Of a stretch of DNA of 64,000 nt, positions 56,413-64,000 are shown piece after piece. The notes beneath the pieces were generated by a model. The model did no database searches. It was not told the DNA's origin and was given only the letters and a program-made list of their open reading frames with translations. Location of the stretch: NCBI GenBank assembly GCA_963842815.1, contig CAWJHU010000001.1:264708-328707 (forward strand), in the 5' to 3' direction. The position numbers and the translations under genes were made by a program. Source of the stretch: Candidatus Nomurabacteria bacterium. Lineage in GTDB: Bacteria; Patescibacteriota; Minisyncoccia; Phycocordibacterales; UBA9973. Positions within the stretch are counted from its first letter, which is position 1. Each line of letters opens with the position of its first letter.

Positions 56413-56496
56413 CCTTATTTTGTAATAAATAAGTTACAACGTCGTACCAGACTCTCAACCAGAGATTTTAGCTAAAACTTGGTATAATAAAAGCAT

Positions 56497-57051
56497 ATGA
56501 AAATTAATATTTGGATAATGCTGAAGGACATATTGCCAGTTTTATTAATGTTTTGGCCTGTTTGGCTGGCCCTTATTATATTGTTTTTAACAAAGATACT
56601 ATTTGAAGTGGTTATTCCTAAATGGCGCAATAATAATCGTTTTTGGGCTGGTAAAAAATGGCGGTCTGATCGTGAACTTCTTCAGTCGCTTCAAAAATTA
56701 ACTCCTACGGAATTTGAAAATTATATAGCCAATCTATTCTCGCACTTAGGATACAATACAAAAGCTGTCGGGCAGTCGCACGATGGTGGTATTGACGTTG
56801 TTGTAGAGAAAAATAGAGTAGTAAATTACATTCAATGCAAAAAATATATTACAAGCACAGTTCCCGTAGGGGCAGTACGAGATTTTTATGGGGCTTTAGC
56901 TGATCATCTTGCAAATGGCAAAGGATATTTTATTACAACAAACAAATTTACTCTAGAGGCTGAAAATTTTGCGAAAGACAAACCAATTGAACTCATTGAT
57001 GGTCTGAAATTGATACACTATATTCATATGTACCAATCAAATAGTCGTTAA
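56497..57051 (+). CDS. membrane-anchored restriction-endonuclease-like (Mrr_cat, PD-(D/E)xK) protein
   Basis: Two N-terminal TM helices; FENYIANLFSHLGYNTKAVGQSHDGGIDVVVEKNRVVNYIQCKKY carries the D...E.K catalytic core. Confidence 0.7.
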   Translation: MKINIWIMLKDILPVLLMFWPVWLALIILFLTKILFEVVIPKWRNNNRFWAGKKWRSDRELLQSLQKLTPTEFENYIANLFSHLGYNTKAVGQSHDGGIDVVVEKNRVVNYIQCKKYITSTVPVGAVRDFYGALADHLANGKGYFITTNKFTLEAENFAKDKPIELIDGLKLIHYIHMYQSNSR

Positions 57052-57068
57052 TCTGCCATAATAAACCT

Positions 57069-57662
57069 ATGCAAACTGAAATTGAAGCCAAGTTTTTAAA
57101 TATAGAGTCCGATAAAATCAGAGCCAAATTAAAAGAAATAGGAGCTGTTTTGAAATACCCGGAGCGCCTTATGAAAAGAAAAGTTTTTGATTATCCGGAT
57201 GAAAGATTAAAAAAAGAAGGAGCTTGGGTGCGGGTTAGAGACGAGGGAGACGGGAAAATAACTTTAAGCTATAAAAAACTTATAGACAGAACTCTTCATG
57301 GCACGAAAGAAATAACCTTGGATGTAAGCGATTTTGAAACCATGTGCGATTTTCTTCAGGCTTGCGGATTTGATAGTAAATCATATCAAGAAACGAAAAG
57401 AGAAAAATGGATGCTTGGAAAATCGGAAATAACCATTGATACCTGGCCTTGGATACCGACTTTTGTAGAGGTAGAATCGGAAACGGAAGAGGATGTCCGC
57501 GAAGTTTCAAAATTACTGGGTTTTGATTGGGCCAAAGCACTTCATGGAAGCGTGGAGACGGTCTATCAGGCCCTATTTGATGTCACAGAAGACGAAATTG
57601 ATAGCTGGGAAGAGATTACATTTATTCCTGTCCCGAATTGGTTGGAAATTAAAAGAAGATAA
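57069..57662 (+). CDS. CYTH-domain protein (triphosphate tunnel metalloenzyme; class IV adenylate cyclase / thiamine-triphosphatase fold)
   Basis: Hallmark N-terminal EIEAKF motif (MQTEIEAKFLNI) plus later charged beta strands (WVRVRDEGDGKITLSYKK). Confidence 0.75.
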   Translation: MQTEIEAKFLNIESDKIRAKLKEIGAVLKYPERLMKRKVFDYPDERLKKEGAWVRVRDEGDGKITLSYKKLIDRTLHGTKEITLDVSDFETMCDFLQACGFDSKSYQETKREKWMLGKSEITIDTWPWIPTFVEVESETEEDVREVSKLLGFDWAKALHGSVETVYQALFDVTEDEIDSWEEITFIPVPNWLEIKRR

Positions 57663-57666
57663 TAAA

Positions 57667-57690
57667 AAGGCAGAATACTCTGCCTTTTTT
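57667..57690. terminator. bidirectional Rho-independent terminator (AAGGCAGA-ATAC-TCTGCCTT + T-run)
   Basis: Located between convergent genes 57069..57662 (+) and 57710..57985 (-). Confidence 0.65.
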
Positions 57691-57709
57691 GATAATACTT
57701 TTTAGAACT

Positions 57710-57985
57710 TTAATTCTTTTGAAAATTTTTCAAGAGAAGAATTTGGGGTGAATCGTTAATCTCTTCAGAATCCACCGGGGTATCCAATTTTAAATTTTTA
57801 GATAATTCAATAAATCCGTCTAAACTAAAAAGAACAGGAATTTTAGCGCCACAAGCAAGGCACTGGAATAGAAAAACATATCCGCACTCTTTCAATTCTA
57901 TTCTTATGGAAAGTACTGTTTGTCTTCCATTGCAAGTACATTTGGGGTCTAGGTAAATGACGTTGTTTTCCATTTGAACCTCCAA
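57710..57985 (-). CDS. hypothetical small Cys-containing protein (CxC...CxxC)
   Basis: 91-aa ORF ending at the bidirectional terminator; possible zinc-binding Cys pairs. Confidence 0.3.
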   Translation of the reverse strand: MEVQMENNVIYLDPKCTCNGRQTVLSIRIELKECGYVFLFQCLACGAKIPVLFSLDGFIELSKNLKLDTPVDSEEINDSPQILLLKNFQKN

Positions 57986-58073
57986 GATGTTGGTTATTTG
58001 TCAAAGGGGTTGGTTACTATAATTATAGCACTAACCCTATAAAAAATATGCTAGTATATATAATAATAAAAAA

Positions 58074-58727
58074 ATGTTTAAATTTATAAAAATAAATAAA
58101 ACAACCCAATGGCTTCTTTTAATTTCCATCATCGCCGTTATTTTTGACCTGGTCCGGGGCGATTTGTTAGGGAAGACAGGCATACTCTATTTGGTCTGGA
58201 ATCTTTTTTTGGCCTGGATACCCTATATTATTTCTTTGTGTTTTATAAAAAAAGAAATGCCCATAAAACGTTTTATTCCGATTTTTATTATCTGGCTTTT
58301 ATTTTTTCCCAATGCTCCCTATCTGGCCACCGATGTTCTGCATATAGTTTCAAGGAATTCGCCTTTGTTGTGGTATGATAGTTTGCTTTTCTTTTTCTTC
58401 GGCTGGATTGGTTTGCTTTTGGGAATGCTTTCGCTTTCCCATATGCATCAATACATAAAAAATCATTTCAGTTTTTGGCTTTCCGAGCTGAGTATTTTTT
58501 TAATTTGTTTTTTAGCGAGCTTCGGAATATATCTGGGCAGATTTGAAAGATGGAACAGCTGGGATGTTTTTATTAATCCGGTGGAAATAATAAAACACTC
58601 TGTTAATATTTCCGCCAATCTTGCATATACCAAAACTCCGGCGATGTTCATACTTGTTTTTACCGTCTTTATGTATTCGGTCTATAAAACGGTATCTGTT
58701 TTGCTTGGGCGCGAGGTTGAATCCTAA
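58074..58727 (+). CDS. hypothetical polytopic membrane protein
   Basis: 217 aa with about 6 predicted TM helices; no recognised motif. Confidence 0.4.
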   Translation: MFKFIKINKTTQWLLLISIIAVIFDLVRGDLLGKTGILYLVWNLFLAWIPYIISLCFIKKEMPIKRFIPIFIIWLLFFPNAPYLATDVLHIVSRNSPLLWYDSLLFFFFGWIGLLLGMLSLSHMHQYIKNHFSFWLSELSIFLICFLASFGIYLGRFERWNSWDVFINPVEIIKHSVNISANLAYTKTPAMFILVFTVFMYSVYKTVSVLLGREVES

Positions 58728-58748
58728 ATGTGCTATTATATTTAATAT

Positions 58749-59102
58749 ATGGAACCAAATACTTGTCCAGTTTGCCATCAGCCCATACTCCCTCAGTATT
58801 ATTTTTGCCCCAATTGCGGAACGAAATTAAATTCGGCTCCGCTTTCCACCACAGCCCAGACCCAAGCCTGGATATACGGACTGAGCCTTATTCTTCCCAT
58901 GTTCCTTTTTGTTTTTATAAAAAAATGGCCCGCAATAAAATATTTCAAATCCAGCGACCCGAAAGCAAAACAAATCGGCCAGGTAGCCTGGGCTATTTTG
59001 ATTATTTCCACTATTCTCACCATTTGGCTTGCCGTTGTCTGGACCCAACAAACAATCCAATCATCCATTGATAGCATCAATACTGATATAGGTAATTTCT
59101 AA
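58749..59102 (+). CDS. zinc-ribbon (CPxC...CPxC) membrane protein
   Basis: MEPNTCPVCHQPILPQYYFCPNCGTK followed by two TM helices. Confidence 0.45.
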   Translation: MEPNTCPVCHQPILPQYYFCPNCGTKLNSAPLSTTAQTQAWIYGLSLILPMFLFVFIKKWPAIKYFKSSDPKAKQIGQVAWAILIISTILTIWLAVVWTQQTIQSSIDSINTDIGNF

Positions 59103-59140
59103 TTTGCACCATTTTCTCCAATATATCGTATAATATATAT

Positions 59141-60994
59141 ATGAGATACAAAATATCTAGGCAGTCTATTTCGTTTTCACATTATTATTTATCTTTGTTT
59201 TTTATCGGTATTTTTGCGTTTTTAATGTTTGCTTCTCCTGTGCAGGCCACTACTCCTACGCTTACTCTTTCTCCCACCGGTGACGGGGATACGGTCAATG
59301 TGAATGTAACGGGCGACCCCAGCACCAGCGTCATTCTTTATTATATGAAAACCAATTACGGCCAGCAGATAAATCCCATTGGGACAACCAATGCAAATGG
59401 AATTCTGGCTACCACCATCAGCACCAGCACCTACGGCATTGTGGCCAATAGTTCGGTTTACATTACCATGGGCAGTTTGAATGGTCCACAATCGGCAACC
59501 GTTTCTTGGCCCATAGCTTCGGCTTTAATTTCAAGCAGCAACATGCTTTCTCTGAGCCAGACCGGCGTTGTTCTTTCCCTCGGGCAATCTTCCACCATCA
59601 CTGCCAGCAACATGAATTCCAGTTCGCTTTATTTATCAAACAATTCCACTCCGGCCATAGCCAACGTAAATATAAGCGGCAGCCAAATTACCATTTTGGC
59701 GAATAGTTATGGTTCAACGGTGGCTACCATTTGTTTGGTCAACAACAGTTCAAATTGCTCCAGCGTTTATATTACCGTTCAGAATTCCAGCGCTCAGCCG
59801 TTAACTTTCAGCCAAAATACGGTTTCCATGTATTCCGGACAAAGCATTTCCGTGCAAATATCCGGCGGTTCCGGGACCTACTCGGTATTTAATAACACAA
59901 GCCAGAATGGCGGGGTGGTGCAGACCAGTATTTCCGGTTCAAATATTACATTAACTACCACAAGCACTTCCGGTTCATCTTCCATCACCGTCTGTTCCAC
60001 CAATATGAGTTCCTGTGGAATTATAAATGTTACCATCGGCTCCGGAAGTTCTACCGCTATTTCTTTCAGCCAATCAAATCCGACGGTTGTCATCGGGCAA
60101 ACCACAAACGTGAGCGTCTATGGCCCGACCAGCAGTTTATTTTATGTTTCTTCAAATTCCAATCCGAGCATCGTACAAGCCAATTTATCCGGAACCACTT
60201 TAACTTTGATGGGAATTACAAATGGTTCTTCCACCATAAGCGTATGTTCTTCATCTAGCAATTGCGGGTCTCTGACGGTAACGGTTAATTATAGTTCCAC
60301 CAATGGCGGGGGATATCCTGTTCTAAGCCAGGACAATGTTTCTTTGGCGGTGGGTCAAACGTTGAATATTACAATTTCCGGAGGGTCAATGCCTTATAAT
60401 ATTCTTTCCACGACAAATAATATTTTTCAACCGACTTTAAACGTTAATATGCTTTCTATTTATGGCTTGGGTGCTGGTTCCGGAGCGATGAATGTATGTT
60501 CTTCCGGCGGAAATTGCGCCACTCTTTCGGTGACAGTGGGCAACAGCTCTTCTGCCGTCACCACATTGCCTGTCGGTTGTTATACGACGACGGGTTATAG
60601 CCAAACCACCGGCGTGCTTTGCAATTCCACCACCACTCCGGCTACAACTATTATTCCAACTGGCTGTACTTCTTCCACTTTATTTAGTACGATTACCGGA
60701 CAATCTTGTCCAAATTATGTTTACACATCCACCACCGCAACTACCACCACAAACACAACAACTTCCAGCACAACTACAACTTTTAAATTTACTTTACCGC
60801 TGAAACTGGGCTCAAGCGGTACGGAAGTAATTGAATTGCAAAAGAAATTAAAAACCCTTGGCTACTATAACGGCAAAGTTGACGGAGGATTCGGTCCTAT
60901 GATGGTCAAAGCGGTAAAAGCTTTCCAAAAAGCGCACAAGCTTGCCCAATTGGGCAGTGTTGGTCCGGGGACGAGAGCTTTGCTCAATAAATAA
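59141..60994 (+). CDS. secreted surface protein with repeated Ig-like (Big-like) Ser/Thr-rich domains, two Cys-bounded loop motifs and C-terminal peptidoglycan-binding domain
   Basis: Signal peptide; about 5 repeats of ~85 aa (..SQ..VS...GQS.....SGGSG.Y.......); CYTTTGYSQTTGVLC and CTSSTLFSTITGQSC motifs; C-terminal LKLGSSGTEVIELQKKLKTLGYYNGKVDGGFGPMMVKAVKAFQKAHKL. Confidence 0.6.
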   Translation: MRYKISRQSISFSHYYLSLFFIGIFAFLMFASPVQATTPTLTLSPTGDGDTVNVNVTGDPSTSVILYYMKTNYGQQINPIGTTNANGILATTISTSTYGIVANSSVYITMGSLNGPQSATVSWPIASALISSSNMLSLSQTGVVLSLGQSSTITASNMNSSSLYLSNNSTPAIANVNISGSQITILANSYGSTVATICLVNNSSNCSSVYITVQNSSAQPLTFSQNTVSMYSGQSISVQISGGSGTYSVFNNTSQNGGVVQTSISGSNITLTTTSTSGSSSITVCSTNMSSCGIINVTIGSGSSTAISFSQSNPTVVIGQTTNVSVYGPTSSLFYVSSNSNPSIVQANLSGTTLTLMGITNGSSTISVCSSSSNCGSLTVTVNYSSTNGGGYPVLSQDNVSLAVGQTLNITISGGSMPYNILSTTNNIFQPTLNVNMLSIYGLGAGSGAMNVCSSGGNCATLSVTVGNSSSAVTTLPVGCYTTTGYSQTTGVLCNSTTTPATTIIPTGCTSSTLFSTITGQSCPNYVYTSTTATTTTNTTTSSTTTTFKFTLPLKLGSSGTEVIELQKKLKTLGYYNGKVDGGFGPMMVKAVKAFQKAHKLAQLGSVGPGTRALLNK

Positions 60995-61017
60995 AAAATA
61001 AATTTTTTACTCTACTT

Positions 61018-62514
61018 TTATTCCACATGCACTTTTATATCAGTGCGTTCGTTTTTAAGTCTTAGAAAAAGAATAGTAAAAGACCCGAGAAAAACTATAA
61101 TGGAGGCAATCAAAAAAACATAATCATAGGCGTCAATCTGGGCCTTCAGCGCTATGAGCGTAATATATTTTTGAATAACGATGGGAATATGGCTGTGAAG
61201 TTTGCTTAGACTGTTGATATTTATCACGTTGCTGTTAATTCTATTATTCAATATGGTGGCAAAAATAGCGATGCCGAAAGCGCCGGAAATATTTCTTATC
61301 AAAGCAAGAATGGATGAAGCGATGCCGATTTCACTTTGGGGGACAACCGAGGCGATAATGTTGGTACGCTGAGCCATGCCGAAGCCAAGGCCGAAAGCCA
61401 TAACCGAAAGGGGAATTATAATCGCCAAGGCAGTTGATTTTGGGTCCAGACCGGTAAAAAGAAAAATACCCAGCGAAGCAACCAAGGTGCTGGCAAATAT
61501 TATATAACGAGACTGCACTTTTCCGGTGAGCATTCCACCCAAAGGAGAAGCCAGCATCATGGCCACGGCCATGGGCACAAAAAGATATCCGGACTGGGTT
61601 GCCGTATATCCGAGAAATGTCTGAGCAAAAATCGGCAGCAAAAAAACACCGCCCATCATGCCCATAAAGACGACAAAATTATTCAAAAGGGCATTAACGA
61701 AAGCCGGAATTTTGAAAAATTTAAGGTCCACAATAGGCTCCGAAGCTTTTTGTTCAATTTTAATAAAGACTCCCAGAAGTACAACAGTGAAAAAATAACA
61801 AATCATACTTCCTGCCGAGAACCATCCCCAGGTGGCCCCTTGGTCCAGCACCAGCACCAAAGCGGAGAGCATGCCTCCCAGAGTGAACGCTCCCCACCAA
61901 TCAAAGAATCTGGTTTTTATATTTGAACGCGATTCGTTGATGAAACGCATGGCCATAAGAATGCCTAGAATGCCGATGGGAAGATTCACCAAAAAAACCG
62001 AACGCCAGCCGAAGTTATCAATAAGCGGTCCGCCCAACAAAGGACCGAAGACCACTGCGGCCGCGAAAGAGGTGGACCAAATTCCCAACGCCTGAGCCCT
62101 TTCTTTTCCTTGTTTAAATGTTACTGCCAGAATAGCCATGGCTGTCGGATAATCTGCCGACCCGGCGATTGCCTGAATCACGCGAAAAATAATCATAGAA
62201 GAAAGATTCCAGGAAAGTCCGGCTAAAACTGACCCGAAAATAAAAATAGAAAATCCAATGATGTAAACTTTTTTTCGTCCGATGGTATCTCCCAATTTTC
62301 CCCAGATGGGGACGAAGACGGCATTGGCCAAAATATAAGCGGTGGCAATCCATCCGGCGGCGGAAACCGTAATGCCGAAGTCATTAATAATTTTAGGCAA
62401 AGCCAAATTCACGATGGTTTGGTCTAGCCTTCCCAGAAATGTCCCTATGATAACCGTGAGCAATATCCACCAACGCAAGTTTGAGCCTTCCTTTTTATTC
62501 TCATTCTCTTCCAT
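61018..62514 (-). CDS. MFS transporter, 14-TM drug:H+ antiporter (DHA2/EmrB-like)
   Basis: 498 aa; LGRLDQTIVNLALPKI, GKLGDTIGRKKV and 14 hydrophobic segments. Confidence 0.8.
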   Translation of the reverse strand: MEENENKKEGSNLRWWILLTVIIGTFLGRLDQTIVNLALPKIINDFGITVSAAGWIATAYILANAVFVPIWGKLGDTIGRKKVYIIGFSIFIFGSVLAGLSWNLSSMIIFRVIQAIAGSADYPTAMAILAVTFKQGKERAQALGIWSTSFAAAVVFGPLLGGPLIDNFGWRSVFLVNLPIGILGILMAMRFINESRSNIKTRFFDWWGAFTLGGMLSALVLVLDQGATWGWFSAGSMICYFFTVVLLGVFIKIEQKASEPIVDLKFFKIPAFVNALLNNFVVFMGMMGGVFLLPIFAQTFLGYTATQSGYLFVPMAVAMMLASPLGGMLTGKVQSRYIIFASTLVASLGIFLFTGLDPKSTALAIIIPLSVMAFGLGFGMAQRTNIIASVVPQSEIGIASSILALIRNISGAFGIAIFATILNNRINSNVININSLSKLHSHIPIVIQKYITLIALKAQIDAYDYVFLIASIIVFLGSFTILFLRLKNERTDIKVHVE

Positions 62515-62515
62515 T

Positions 62516-63160
62516 TTATTGTTCAGTGTAAACCGTTATCTTTGCAGACATCCCACTTTTCAATTCGGGATAATCCGCAACATTGAAACGTATTTTCACA
62601 TCAAATTTTTTGATTGGACGCTGGTCCGAAATACTGAAGACAACACTGGCATCATCCGAAACGGGACTGATTTGGTCCACCACGCCTTCATAGGTTTTGC
62701 CCGGAAAAGCATCTACGGAAAAAGTTGCCCGTTGTCCGGCCTGAAGATTGTTCAGTCCTTTGGTTTCTTCAATTTGTCCCACCACTTTCATTTCCTGGTC
62801 ATTCACAATGGAAACAATGCTTTGTCCCGGAGAAAAATAAGACCCCAAAACAAGAGGAGCGCTGGAAATAATGCCGGGTTCCTGGGTATAAATAATCTGC
62901 GAACCAACCAGGGCAATTTGCGAATTTGCCTGCACTCGGTCTCCCTCTTTTACATACAGAGCGTTCAAAGTTCCGGGCAAGGTCGGTGAAAGATTTATAA
63001 TTGGTGCATCCAAATATGAATTTTCAATAAATACGGTGCCTTTTTGTGTTTGCCAAAATAAAAACACAATAAGCAGGCCGAAAATAACCACGAAAGAAAT
63101 CAAACTATGCATCCAGGGTCTTTTTAAAATATGTATTTTGTTTTGATTATTATTTTCCAT
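62516..63160 (-). CDS. HlyD-family membrane-fusion (periplasmic adaptor) protein, short form with N-terminal TM and beta-barrel/lipoyl-like domains but no long coiled coil
   Basis: TM SLISFVVIFGLLIVFLFW; ..LYVKEGDRVQANSQIALV.., ..FSVDAFPGKTYEGVVDQISP..; 1-bp gap to the MFS gene. Confidence 0.6.
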   Translation of the reverse strand: MENNNQNKIHILKRPWMHSLISFVVIFGLLIVFLFWQTQKGTVFIENSYLDAPIINLSPTLPGTLNALYVKEGDRVQANSQIALVGSQIIYTQEPGIISSAPLVLGSYFSPGQSIVSIVNDQEMKVVGQIEETKGLNNLQAGQRATFSVDAFPGKTYEGVVDQISPVSDDASVVFSISDQRPIKKFDVKIRFNVADYPELKSGMSAKITVYTEQ

Positions 63161-63162
63161 TT

Positions 63163-64000
63163 TTAATTTGAAGAAGTTTTGCTGATAAATTCAATGGCTG
63201 GAGCGTTGGGTGTCGCTATTTGTCCGGGAGCAATGGCGATGGATAGCACAATTCCGTCCGAAGGAGCCGTAATAATAGTATTCTGATAAGCAGCTTGGGC
63301 AATTTGCACTGCGCCGGCGGCATTGTTCATTTGGGCTTGAGCGATGGCTATATCTTCCGGACGCGCAGAAGCTGTTAGGGCATCCAAAGAAGCGTTAGCT
63401 TGGTCGAGAGATGCCTGCGCATTTGAAATGACTTGATTTTTTGTTTCCAAAGCCGATTGATAGGCATTATAATTTGCCAAATAATTCGGCGCGGTATTGT
63501 TCGGAATAACAATATCCCAAGTTGTTCCAACATAGGGAGAAAATGAAGAAGGAAATTGTATAAAAAGTCCCGTATCGGCAATAGGTTCTTGTGCAGTTGT
63601 ACTTGCTGTACCTATTCCACTTACTATTCCAGAAATAGTAAAATAACCACCGCCCCCGGTTTGATAAACGGTAATAATTATTTTTCCTTCAATATCTTTG
63701 CTATAAGTTCCGCTTAAGAAAGGGGCAGTTAGGGAAGTGTTTCCTTCCGCTTTTGCCGTCAAAGTAGAATTTAAAAGATTTGTTTTGGCATTTGCCACCA
63801 ATAAATTTTGCTGATTGGTTGCTCCATTTAAATTAACCTGAGCTGTATTCACTGCTGCCTTGGCCACATCTATGGCCGGATTCGTCGCTCCGTTTTTAAC
63901 TTTTTGATAATTGGCTTGGGCTGTTTCATAGGCAGCTTTTGCCTGGGTCAAGGCGCCCAGCATATTTCCCGCGTCAATGGTTGCGAGCACTTGCCCTTTT
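63163..64000 (-). CDS. HlyD-family periplasmic adaptor protein with long coiled-coil hairpin (N-terminus beyond window end; partial)
   Basis: Ala/Gln/Asn-rich coiled coil (LDQANASLDALTASARPEDIAIAQAQMNNAAGAVQIAQAAYQNT) followed by barrel strand IITAPSDGIVLSIAIAPGQIATPNAPAIEF. The reading frame stays open to position 64000. Confidence 0.5.
   Translation of the reverse strand, partial: KGQVLATIDAGNMLGALTQAKAAYETAQANYQKVKNGATNPAIDVAKAAVNTAQVNLNGATNQQNLLVANAKTNLLNSTLTAKAEGNTSLTAPFLSGTYSKDIEGKIIITVYQTGGGGYFTISGIVSGIGTASTTAQEPIADTGLFIQFPSSFSPYVGTTWDIVIPNNTAPNYLANYNAYQSALETKNQVISNAQASLDQANASLDALTASARPEDIAIAQAQMNNAAGAVQIAQAAYQNTIITAPSDGIVLSIAIAPGQIATPNAPAIEFISKTSSN

Overview
This window reads as a low-GC, compact genome segment typical of a Candidate Phyla Radiation (Patescibacteria-like) bacterium. 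It is a housekeeping backbone interrupted by accessory and surface-protein islands.

Housekeeping content: a partial FtsK-like gene at the 5' edge, rplJ-rplL, an unlinked 23S-5S rRNA pair, ftsW, folD, a PAP2 phosphatase, secD-secF, lemA plus a TPM-domain gene, gatC-gatA, three tRNAs (two CAU, one Asp), an OmpR/HK two-component pair, two tRNA-Thr, prfB-ftsE-ftsX-pyrG, DedA, a nitroreductase, tRNA-Gln, and an MFS efflux pump with two HlyD-like adaptors.

Accessory content: several very large secreted/surface proteins. Three of these carry PG_binding_1 domains. One is an LVIVD-propeller lipase. One is a frameshift-split tail-fibre-like giant of about 2,190 aa with a C-terminal Peptidase_S74 intramolecular-chaperone-like domain. 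A WxL/DUF916-like cluster of four secreted proteins and a HicB-HicA toxin-antitoxin pair are also present.

The most distinctive signal is three unrelated families of short palindromic (REP-like) repeats:
- Two families each flank their own IS200/IS605-type Y1 (RAYT-like) transposase gene, in the classic REP-RAYT arrangement.
- Copies of all three families are inserted in-frame inside protein-coding genes; for one family this includes its own RAYT gene.
- The 23S rRNA carries a ~340-nt helix-45 intervening sequence with a tRNA-like segment and an ORF-less group-I-like intron near the E. coli 2593-equivalent site.

Other notable items:
- A tight five-gene operon: VOC, nucleoside-deoxyribosyltransferase-like, NUDIX, membrane-anchored Mrr-like nuclease, CYTH.
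- A membrane-anchored HEPN-like protein.
- A fragmented YraQ/ArsP-type permease next to a CxxC thioredoxin-like gene.
- A frameshifted ftsX.

No CRISPR array was seen. All calls come from reading the sequence and translations; no database searches were run.
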